From NCBI GenBank assembly GCA_031362565.1, contig JANLSU010000021.1:1-33995 (forward strand): a DNA stretch of 33,995 nt. Direction: 5' to 3'. The position numbers were made by a program, and so were the translations under genes. Under the pieces are notes generated by a model, which had not been told where the DNA came from, made no database searches, and saw nothing but the letters and a program-made list of their open reading frames with translations. Source of the DNA: a bacterium. Lineage in GTDB: Bacteria; Krumholzibacteriota; Krumholzibacteriia; G020349025. Below, one piece after another: positions 25,567 through 33,995 of the stretch. How positions within the stretch are numbered: the stretch's first letter is position 1; each line of letters starts with the position of its first letter.

Positions 25567-27014
25567 ATCCGGCGCTGCTCACTATCGAAGAGCAGGCGCG
25601 TTTATTGCGCAGCCGCGAATTGGCGCCGCTCGATCTCGTCGACGCGGCGCTCGGGCGCATTGCCACACTCGATCCCCAATTGCACGCCGTGCCGCAAGTG
25701 TTTGCGGCCGAAGCCCGCGAACGCGCCAAGCAGCTCGCGAACGAAACACCAGGCGGCCCGCTCTGGGGCATTCCGTGGCTCGCGAAAGATGTCCTCACGA
25801 CGCGCCTGGGCCGGACGACCTGTGGGTCGCGGATCCTCGAGAATTTTCGTTCGCCGTATGATGCGACCGTGGTCGCACGGCTCGAGGCGGCGGGCGCCAT
25901 TCTCCTCGGCAAGACCAACATGGACGAATTCGCGATGGGTTCCTCGACCGAAAACTCGGCCTGGGGCCCGACGCGGAACCCCTGGAATCCGGAGTGTGTT
26001 CCGGGTGGGTCGAGCGGCGGTTCGGCCGCCGCGGTGGCCGCCGACTTGGCGTCGTTCGCGCTCGGCACCGACACCGGCGGCTCCATTCGCCAGCCGGCGG
26101 CATTCTGTGGCGTCGTCGGGTTCAAGCCGACTTACGGGCGCGTGTCGCGCTACGGACTCGTGGCATTCGCGAGTTCGCTCGACCAGGTGGGACCGCTCAC
26201 GAAGACCGTCCGCGACGCAGTCCTCGTGTATGAAGCGATTGCCGGACACGATGCACACGATTCCACCAGCTTGGACAAGCCCGTCGACCGGCTGGCGACG
26301 GACGGGCCAGCGGCGTTGCGTGGGGTGCGGGTCGGCGTGCCGCGCGATTTCGTCGCCCAGGGCATGGATGCGGCGGCGGCGGCGGATTTCGACGCCACGC
26401 TCCGGGCCGCAGTCGCGGCCGGCGCCACCCTCGTCGATGTGCGGCTCGAGCGGGCCCCGGCCAGCATCGCGGTGTACTACATCGTGGCGACGGCTGAAGC
26501 GGCCGCCAACCTGTCGCGTTTCGACGGGGTGCGTTACACGCATCGCACCGCGCAGGCCGGCGATCTCGCGACGCTCTTCGCAGCCTCCCGCACCGAGGGT
26601 TTCGGCGCCGAAGTCCAGCGCCGGATTCTGCTCGGTACCTATGTCCTGTCGTCGGGGTACTACGACGCTTACTATTTGCGGGCCCAAAAAGTGCGCACTC
26701 TCATTCGGCGCGATTTCGAACGAGCGTTTGCCACCTGCGACGTGATCGCCATGCCGACGTCGCCGACGCCCGCCTTCCGGATCGGCGAGCGCGCCGCGGA
26801 TCCGCTGCAAATGTATTTGTCCGACGTGTTCACGGTGCCGGCCAACCTAGCGGGGTTGCCGGCGATTTCGATTCCGACGAGTACGGTAGGCGGTTTGCCG
26901 CTTGGAGTGCAGTTGTATGCGCCACCGCTCGGCGAAGCCCGGCTCTTGCAGGCGGCCGAGGGACTCGAAGCCGGGCTTGGATTTCAGCGGCTGGGACAAC
27001 GCGGCGCGGTCTGA
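25563..27014 (+). CDS. gatA: Asp/Glu-tRNA amidotransferase subunit A
   Basis: Amidase signature GKTNMDEFAMGSSTE, PGGSSGGS, GTDTGGSIRQPA, and RRILLGTYVLSSGYYDAYY. Confidence 0.97.
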   Translation: MNPALLTIEEQARLLRSRELAPLDLVDAALGRIATLDPQLHAVPQVFAAEARERAKQLANETPGGPLWGIPWLAKDVLTTRLGRTTCGSRILENFRSPYDATVVARLEAAGAILLGKTNMDEFAMGSSTENSAWGPTRNPWNPECVPGGSSGGSAAAVAADLASFALGTDTGGSIRQPAAFCGVVGFKPTYGRVSRYGLVAFASSLDQVGPLTKTVRDAVLVYEAIAGHDAHDSTSLDKPVDRLATDGPAALRGVRVGVPRDFVAQGMDAAAAADFDATLRAAVAAGATLVDVRLERAPASIAVYYIVATAEAAANLSRFDGVRYTHRTAQAGDLATLFAASRTEGFGAEVQRRILLGTYVLSSGYYDAYYLRAQKVRTLIRRDFERAFATCDVIAMPTSPTPAFRIGERAADPLQMYLSDVFTVPANLAGLPAISIPTSTVGGLPLGVQLYAPPLGEARLLQAAEGLEAGLGFQRLGQRGAV

Positions 27015-27049
27015 GGCGCGGCCCTGAACGACACGCGAGGAGTGGCAAC

Positions 27050-27280
27050 ATGACACAAGCGATGCGCTGCATGAAGTGCGGCGGACCGATGGAAGAGGGA
27101 TTCGTGCGCGATCTCACCCATGGCGGCACCGCGCAAGCGGCTTGGGTCGGGGGCAAACCGCAGCGCAGCTTTTGGGTGGGAATCGTCACCCGCGGCCGCG
27201 ATCAGTTCCCGGTCGTTTCGTACCGTTGTGAAGGCTGCGGCTATCTCGAGTCGTATGCGCGCGTCGAAGGTGACGAGTAG
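27050..27280 (+). CDS. Small CxxC...CxxC zinc-ribbon protein (DUF6487-like)
   Basis: CMKCGGPMEEG ... YRCEGCGYLESYA; GAGGAG RBS; sits cleanly between gatA and gatB. Confidence 0.88.
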   Translation: MTQAMRCMKCGGPMEEGFVRDLTHGGTAQAAWVGGKPQRSFWVGIVTRGRDQFPVVSYRCEGCGYLESYARVEGDE

Positions 27281-27292
27281 GGAGCGAGCGGC

Positions 27293-28723
<1,431 letters not shown>

Positions 28724-28788
28724 GACGCTGCAGAGCGCGCGGCGTCGCGCGGTGTGACGCCGCCGGGCTATTCTGGCGCGATGCAGCC

Positions 28789-28990
28789 CCGTGCGGCCGC
28801 CCAACGACGACGGGCGGCCCTTGGTAGGGGCCGCCCGGTCGATGAGGAGTGGGCGCGTCGCGGGTGAGGGCCAGCGCCAGCCGAGCCTGCCACGGCGAAC
28901 GACGCCCATCCTGAGTCGAATACACCAAGACCTGCCGTGCATCAGCCTGCACGGTCCGCAAACCACTTCTTCGTCCAGACGATTCTAACA
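28789..28990 (-). ncRNA. Candidate structured ncRNA (family unassigned; 6S-like possibility) with minus-strand extended -10 promoter
   Basis: TGTTAGAAT on the minus strand (28990-28982); extensive self-complementarity over 28789-28954; GC hairpin 28811-28837; no convincing ORF. Confidence 0.3.
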
Positions 28991-29138
28991 CGTCCTCATT
29001 GTTTCCGGAAAGCCCTTGATTGCAGTCTTGTGAGACAAATCCTTCAAGCGTTGTCCGAAGTGCGTCTGGGGACCTCCGGGCCCACGAGTTGCTGTCCTGC
29101 CGCCGCAAGGGATCCGAACGGTGACGGGGGGCACAGCA

Positions 29139-29495
29139 ATGGACCTGCTCGTTCAATGTGACCGGTGTGGCCGGAGTTATGGCCGGGTCTTTCTGCAGCC
29201 GGGCCGGGAGTCCGCATGCCGGTGCGGGACGGCGCTGCGCCCCGGCGTGGCGCCGCGCTTCGTGGATCGCGAGGCAGTAGTCGTCGAGGAGCGGCGCTTG
29301 GACGAGATTTCGCGGGCGGCGGACCGCCTGTGTTATCTCATCGTGGCCACCGACTGTCCGCGCATCGATGTCGAAATCGAGCGCGGCAATCTCCGGCGCC
29401 GTTGCGCCAAGCTTTTTCCCGACAAGATGGATCTGTACGAGATGGTCTACGAGAGCCGCTTCCGGCGGCTCTGGGCCCAGTTCCGCCCCACCTGA
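29139..29495 (+). CDS. Hypothetical protein with N-terminal CxxC...CxC motif and helical C-domain
   Basis: CDRC...CRCG, then a protein-like helical region ending [23 protein letters not shown]; high-GC3 codon pattern. Confidence 0.8.
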   Translation: MDLLVQCDRCGRSYGRVFLQPGRESACRCGTALRPGVAPRFVDREAVVVEERRLDEISRAADRLCYLIVATDCPRIDVEIERGNLRRRCAKLFPDKMDLYEMVYESRFRRLWAQFRPT

Positions 29496-30136
29496 TCGCG
29501 GCGGCGGGGCGCGGTCGCGAGCGCGACAAACCGTTCGTGGGGCCGCAGATCGGTTCCGAGTTCGGGATGGAACGTCGTCGCCATGACGCGTCCCTCTTCG
29601 ACCCAGACCGGATCGCCGTCCAGTCGCGCCAACACGCGCACCTGGGGTCCAACCCGCACGATGCGCGGCGCACGAATCAGCACGGTTTCGATGTCGTCGG
29701 CGGGAATGGTCGCGCGCCATCCACGGGTCCGGCCCGCCGCCGGCGGGGCATCCGACCCAAGTGTGGCGTGTCGAACGGTACTCTGCGTTTGGCGGCCGTA
29801 CGCATTGCGCTCGACCGTGAGATCCAAGAGCCCGAGTCCGACGCCGGCTGGATTCCGCACTTCGCGCGCCAGCAGGATGGCGCCCGCACACGTGCCATAG
29901 AGGGCGCCGCCGCCGCCGGCGAAAGCCCGCAACGCCGCTTCGAGTCCATCCTGCCGGAGGAAATGCCACATCGTCGTGCTCTCGCCCCCGGGCAGCACGA
30001 GGCCGTGGAGGCCCGTGAGGTCGGCGGCGCGCCGCACATCACGCCACGCGAGCCCCAAGCGCTCGAGGACCCGTCCATGGGCCGCGTAATCGCCCTGCAC
30101 GCACAAGATGCCGAGGCGGGCCGAACGCACGCTCAC
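29447..30136 (-). CDS. pdxT: PLP synthase glutaminase subunit
   Basis: GIL.VQG, PGGESTT, GTCAG, RNAYGRQ, IRAP and FHPE motifs; GTGA overlap with the pdxS stop. Confidence 0.95.
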   Translation of the reverse strand: MSVRSARLGILCVQGDYAAHGRVLERLGLAWRDVRRAADLTGLHGLVLPGGESTTMWHFLRQDGLEAALRAFAGGGGALYGTCAGAILLAREVRNPAGVGLGLLDLTVERNAYGRQTQSTVRHATLGSDAPPAAGRTRGWRATIPADDIETVLIRAPRIVRVGPQVRVLARLDGDPVWVEEGRVMATTFHPELGTDLRPHERFVALATAPRRRDQVGRNWAQSRRKRLS

Positions 30137-31119
30137 CAACCGCGGGTTTGCAGCAGGTCCTTCTCGTCCAGGCGGCGGATGTCGAGTCCGGGCATCGCTT
30201 CGCCCAGGGCTTCACTGGCGCGCAGGACTTCCTTCGGCTCGCGGAAATGCAGCACCGCATGGACGATGGCGCGAGCCCGCTTTTCGGGATCGGTGGATTT
30301 GAAAACCCCCGAGCCGACGAAGACGGTCTCGGCACCGAGTTGCATGAGAAGCGCCGCGTCCGCCGGCGTTGCGACGCCGCCGGCGGCGAAGTTCGGCACC
30401 GGCAGGCGCGGGAATTCCGCATCACGATTGTGATCGCGGATCCAGCGCACGAGTTCGACCGGGGCGCCGAGTTCTTTGGCTTCGTGCACGAGTTCGGCAT
30501 CCGAGAGCCGGGTCACGCGCCGCATTTGGGTCGAGATGGTGCGCAGGTGGCGCACCGCTTCGACGATATTGCCGGAGCCTGCTTCACCCTTGGTGCGAAT
30601 CAGTGCGGCGCCTTCGGCGATGCGCCGCAGTGCTTCGCCCAAGTCGCGCGCGCCGCAGACGAACGGCACCGTGAAGGCCCACTTGTCGACGTGGTGTTCG
30701 TCGTCGGCGGGAGTCAGGACCTCGCTCTCGTCGATGAAGTCGACTTCCATCGCTTCCAGAACCTGCGCTTCCGCGAAATGGCCGATGCGGCACTTGGCCA
30801 TGACTGGAATGCTGACGGCTTTCTGAATCTCGCGCACCTTCGAGGGTGAAGCCATGCGCGCCACGCCGCCGTCGCGCCGGATGTCGGACGGCACCCGTTC
30901 GAGCGCCATGACGGCAACCGCGCCGGCGCGTTCGGCGATGATCGCTTGCTTGACGTCGGTGACGTCCATGATGACGCCGCCCTTCAACATTTCGGCCAGT
31001 CCGGTTTTGACGCGCAGCGTCAGTGCCGCCGGCCGCGGCGCGGCGGCGCTGCCATTCGAACCAGTGCGAACCACGGCGCGCTTCGCGGCGGTGGCCGTCG
31101 GACGAGATTTCGGCTTCAT
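30133..31119 (-). CDS. pdxS: PLP synthase lyase subunit
   Basis: [51 protein letters not shown] and FVGSG motifs. Confidence 0.97.
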   Translation of the reverse strand: MKPKSRPTATAAKRAVVRTGSNGSAAAPRPAALTLRVKTGLAEMLKGGVIMDVTDVKQAIIAERAGAVAVMALERVPSDIRRDGGVARMASPSKVREIQKAVSIPVMAKCRIGHFAEAQVLEAMEVDFIDESEVLTPADDEHHVDKWAFTVPFVCGARDLGEALRRIAEGAALIRTKGEAGSGNIVEAVRHLRTISTQMRRVTRLSDAELVHEAKELGAPVELVRWIRDHNRDAEFPRLPVPNFAAGGVATPADAALLMQLGAETVFVGSGVFKSTDPEKRARAIVHAVLHFREPKEVLRASEALGEAMPGLDIRRLDEKDLLQTRGW

Positions 31120-31164
31120 GTCGGATTCCTTTCGTGATCGCGCCTCGCTGCGGATCGTCTTGGT

Positions 31165-32676
31165 TCACACATAGGGCCGCAGTGTACGCGCGGCGGCGCC
31201 GCGGGTGTCACTGCGAAGTGCTTTCAAGTGCCGTCCCAGGATTTCGATGCCGGTTTCGATCTCTTCGTTGCCGACCCGGCTGATGCTCATGCGGAAACAG
31301 CCGTACGGCGCCTCGCCGTTGAAAAAGTGCCGTCCGGCGGTGACGTGCACCCCGTCGGCGACGAGCCGCGCTTCGAGGGCGCCGAAGTCGATCTCGGTCG
31401 GCAGTTCGACCCACAGGCAATAGCCGCCTTGCGGCACGCGCCAGCGCACGTCGGCGGGCATGTGGGTCGTGAAGGCGTGCTGCGCCGCCGCCATCCGGCT
31501 CCGATACGTGCGGCGCAAACGCCGCAAGTGCGCATCGTAGTCACCATGCCGGCAGAACTCCGCCAACGCCGCCTGCAGCACCAGCGACGTGTGGTAATCG
31601 GTGTTGCGCTTGAGCGTCGCCAGGTGCACGAGCAGGTCGCGATGCGCCACCAGCCAGCCGACCCGGAAGCCGGGGACGAGACCCTTGGAAAACGTCCCCA
31701 AGTAACAGACGCGGCCCGATGCATCGAGCGCCCTGAGTGGCAGCATCTCACCGCCACCCCACCGCAAGTCCTCTTCGTAGCCGTCTTCGAGGATCGTCAG
31801 TGCGTGCTGTGACGCGATCTCCAACAGGCGCCGGCGATGCGCCAGCGTACTGGTGATGCCGGTCGGGTTCTGAAAATGCGGCATCGTGTACAGGAACTTG
31901 ATACGGCGCGATTGCAATACGCGCTCCAGCCGGTCGAGGTCGAGCCCGTCGGGCGTCATCGGGATGGTGACGATCTCGGCACGGTGCAAACGCAAGACCG
32001 GGAGCAGATTGGCGTACGTCGGCGACTCGACGGCCACGGCGTCGCCCGGATCCAGCAGCGCCCGGCAGAAAAGGTCGAGCCCCTGCTGCGCGCCATTCAC
32101 GACGAGCACGTCCTCGGCGTCGACGTGGACTCCGACCAGCCGCATGCGCTGCGCGAGCACGGCGCGAAATATCTCGTAACCCGCCGGCGGGCCGTACTGC
32201 AACAGCGTCGCGCCATCTTGGCGCAGCACGCCATCGAGGCAGCGGCGCAACCGCTGCACTGGGAAGAGACGCTCGTCCGGCACGAGACTCGTGAAGTCGA
32301 GACGGCCGGCGGCGCGTTCGCGCGGCGCGAAGGCATCGCTTTGCGGCGTGCGCCGCTCCAGGACTTTGGAGAGAATGCTCGGCCAATCGGGGCCGGCTTC
32401 GGTCGAGCGCGGCAACGCGTGGCCGTTGGGCCGCGCCCCGCGGTCCACGACTTCGGTGCCGCGCCCGACGGTGGCCTCGACGATTCCGGCGGCGGCGAGC
32501 GCGTCGTATGCGGTCGTCACCGTGGCGCGGTTGACGCCGAGTGCTTGGGCCAATTGCCGGCTGGGGGGCAGCCGGCTGCCGATCTCGAGCGCCCCCGACT
32601 CGATCAGGTCGCGAATCTGGGCTTCGATCTGACGGTGCAAGGCCTGCGACGCACCTCGTTCGAGCTGCAACTGCAC
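31165..32676 (-). CDS. MocR/GntR-family PLP-dependent regulator, probable PdxR
   Basis: wHTH (RLPPSRQLAQALGVNRATVTTAY..L..G) fused to a fold-I aminotransferase-like domain (QNPTG, EDGY, GTFSK, RVGW); GAGGAGG RBS before GTG; directly upstream of pdxS. Confidence 0.93.
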   Translation of the reverse strand: MQLQLERGASQALHRQIEAQIRDLIESGALEIGSRLPPSRQLAQALGVNRATVTTAYDALAAAGIVEATVGRGTEVVDRGARPNGHALPRSTEAGPDWPSILSKVLERRTPQSDAFAPRERAAGRLDFTSLVPDERLFPVQRLRRCLDGVLRQDGATLLQYGPPAGYEIFRAVLAQRMRLVGVHVDAEDVLVVNGAQQGLDLFCRALLDPGDAVAVESPTYANLLPVLRLHRAEIVTIPMTPDGLDLDRLERVLQSRRIKFLYTMPHFQNPTGITSTLAHRRRLLEIASQHALTILEDGYEEDLRWGGGEMLPLRALDASGRVCYLGTFSKGLVPGFRVGWLVAHRDLLVHLATLKRNTDYHTSLVLQAALAEFCRHGDYDAHLRRLRRTYRSRMAAAQHAFTTHMPADVRWRVPQGGYCLWVELPTEIDFGALEARLVADGVHVTAGRHFFNGEAPYGCFRMSISRVGNEEIETGIEILGRHLKALRSDTRGAAARTLRPYV

Positions 32677-32690
32677 GCCAGCCTCCTCGG

Positions 32691-32809
32691 TTTGGACCAG
32701 GCCAATACGGGCAGTGATGGCCGTCCACGCTGCGAAGAGAGCGTATTGGATTAAATCTCCCGGGCACAAGAGCCAAGCGGGTTCCGATATGAACCAGCCA
32801 ATTTGGACC
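32691..32809. promoter_or_regulatory. Putative MocR/PdxR operator region
   Basis: Perfect inverted repeat CCAATACG (32702-32709) / CGTATTGG (32742-32749); direct repeats TTTGGACC (32691, 32802) and GCCAAT (32701, 32797). Confidence 0.5.
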
Positions 32810-32992
32810 CTTCGGCGGGAGAGGGCATTGGCCACCGAGGGTGTCGCATCGGTAGACACGCCACCGTCTGCAGCGTGGGCAATGGGGTTGCGGCACCCGG
32901 CCGAGGTGCCGGGCCAGGGCCGCACCGCGGCCATGGTGCGCGAATTGCGGCTCGGAAGGCCGTGCCCCGCGCCTCCCGACGTGAGGTTCATC

Positions 32993-33658
32993 GTGTTGCA
33001 AGTGCGTTCGGTCTTGGCAGCCGGCGTTCTGCTCAGCAGTTCGCTTGGGGTCGCGTTCGTCGCGCCGCCGTGTGGGGCGCAAATCGTCGTCAATGAAATC
33101 CTTGGCGATCCCGGTGCCGACTGGGATGGCAACGGCACCTTGAGTTCGCGAGACGACGAATGGGTCGAGATCTACAACGCGAGTGGCGTCCCGCAAGTGC
33201 TCGACAACTATCGCCTCTCCGATGGCGGCACGATCCGGCTCTTGCGCTACGGCTTCAGCGGCACTCTGGCGCCCGGGGCGCGCAAGTTGGTGTACGGGAG
33301 CACGAGCGTCGCCTGGGAAACCGCCAACGGGATTTCAGCCGTCGGCTTGTCGCTCAACAACGCCGGCGACACGGTGCGTCTGTGGCAAATCGCCGCCACC
33401 GACACGGTCCTCGTCGACAGCTACACGTACGCCTCATTCGAGGTCTTGAACGACCGCTCGGTCGGACGTTTCCCCGACGGTGGCAGCGAATGGCGGCTGT
33501 TCGACCATCGCGCTCCCTACACCGGCACGACGCCGCCGCTCGGTACGGGGTGCGAGCCGACCCCGGGTTCTCCGAACCAGTGTCCGACCGCCGTCGAACC
33601 CGCACCGTGGAGCCGCATCAAGCAGATCTACCGCGGACCCGCCGCGGATTCGCGCTGA
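32993..33658 (+). CDS. Secreted lamin-tail-domain (LTD) protein with C-terminal 'PWSRIKQIY' motif
   Basis: Signal peptide; LTD motifs IVVNEI, DEWVEIYN, LAPG, LNNAGDTVRL, SVGRFPDG and PTPG..N; DWDGNG Ca-loop; tail CPTAVEPAPWSRIKQIYR. Start uncertain (32933-33002). Confidence 0.9.
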   Translation: MLQVRSVLAAGVLLSSSLGVAFVAPPCGAQIVVNEILGDPGADWDGNGTLSSRDDEWVEIYNASGVPQVLDNYRLSDGGTIRLLRYGFSGTLAPGARKLVYGSTSVAWETANGISAVGLSLNNAGDTVRLWQIAATDTVLVDSYTYASFEVLNDRSVGRFPDGGSEWRLFDHRAPYTGTTPPLGTGCEPTPGSPNQCPTAVEPAPWSRIKQIYRGPAADSR

Positions 33659-33689
33659 CCAAGGTTGCTCAGCCCCACAAGGAGGGGAC

Positions 33690-33773
33690 ATGGAACATGC
33701 CGTCCGGCTGGCCCTTCAGTTCGTAGCTGAGGTCTACGCTCTAATGCACTGTGTTTTGGGCCTGTTGCGCTGA
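33690..33773 (+). CDS. Putative 27-aa small protein MEHAVRLALQFVAEVYALMHCVLGLLR
   Basis: Strong AAGGAGG RBS at 33679-33685; hydrophobic helix; motif shared with the next micro-ORF. Confidence 0.5.
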   Translation: MEHAVRLALQFVAEVYALMHCVLGLLR

Positions 33774-33817
33774 CTTGCAACAATCCCCGCACGTGCCTCC
33801 AGGTCGGAGCCAGGAAA

Positions 33818-33931
33818 ATGATCGTACCGCCGGGCACCGTCATCGTAGCCGCCTGCTGGTTCATCAAGCATGCAGTGGAGTTCGTGGCCGTGGTGATGCG
33901 TCTGTATCCCGACATTCCGCGCCCCTTCTGA
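33818..33931 (+). CDS. Putative 37-aa small protein MIVPPGTVIVAACWFIKHAVEFVAVVMRLYPDIPRPF
   Basis: GGAG/AGGA RBS-like sequence before the ATG; mostly G/C third positions; hydrophobic; motif shared with the previous micro-ORF. Confidence 0.5.
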   Translation: MIVPPGTVIVAACWFIKHAVEFVAVVMRLYPDIPRPF

Positions 33932-33995
33932 GCGCGGAACCGCGGCGGCCCCCCCAGGGCCGCCCCCCCCCCCGAAACACCCCCAATTAGGGCCC

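Noticed and set aside
28820..28960. SAH, lysine or ykkC riboswitch, or SRP RNA
   Set aside because: Only isolated fragments resemble these consensus motifs, the order or strand does not fit, and there is no matching downstream gene.
32677..33138. N-terminal extensions of the MocR ORF (to 33138) and the LTD ORF (from 32714)
   Set aside because: They overlap each other, and better starts with an RBS lie at 32676 and about 32993.
33940..33995. C-rich homopolymer tract at the window end
   Set aside because: Likely low-quality or low-complexity end-of-contig sequence; it cannot be interpreted.

Overview
GC-rich bacterial chromosomal window with no mobile element, CRISPR array, rRNA or tRNA that I can see. 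It holds about 30 protein genes. These are two paralogous Cys-rich secreted proteins flanking a minus-strand operon (8-oxoguanine-deaminase-like amidohydrolase, CYTH protein, nucleotidyltransferase-like protein, TPM protein, LemA); dsbD; uppS-cdsA-dxr-rseP; an inverted small lipoprotein; a 3-POTRA Omp85 plus TamB pair; uvrD/pcrA; a ~10-TM DMT-like protein; an O-methyltransferase; DUF3297; a metallophosphoesterase; gatC-gatA-(Zn-ribbon)-gatB; a Zn-ribbon hypothetical; a MocR-type regulator with pdxS-pdxT; and a secreted lamin-tail-domain protein. The main novel signal is a short C-terminal motif, C-(P)-T-x(1-2)-V-E-x-x-x-W-[TS]-x-[IV]-K-x-[LI]-Y, shared by three signal-peptide proteins of two unrelated folds. 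It looks like an uncharacterised sorting or secretion signal. The two paralogues also share a conserved promoter and ~170-nt leader. Other candidates are a structured non-coding region after gatB, a REP-like inverted pair plus GACTCC repeats at the left end, and two tandem micro-ORFs with a shared motif at the right end. Gene content and the tail motif suggest a diderm FCB-group candidate phylum (Krumholzibacteriota/Eisenbacteria/Latescibacterota-like); this is inference only.
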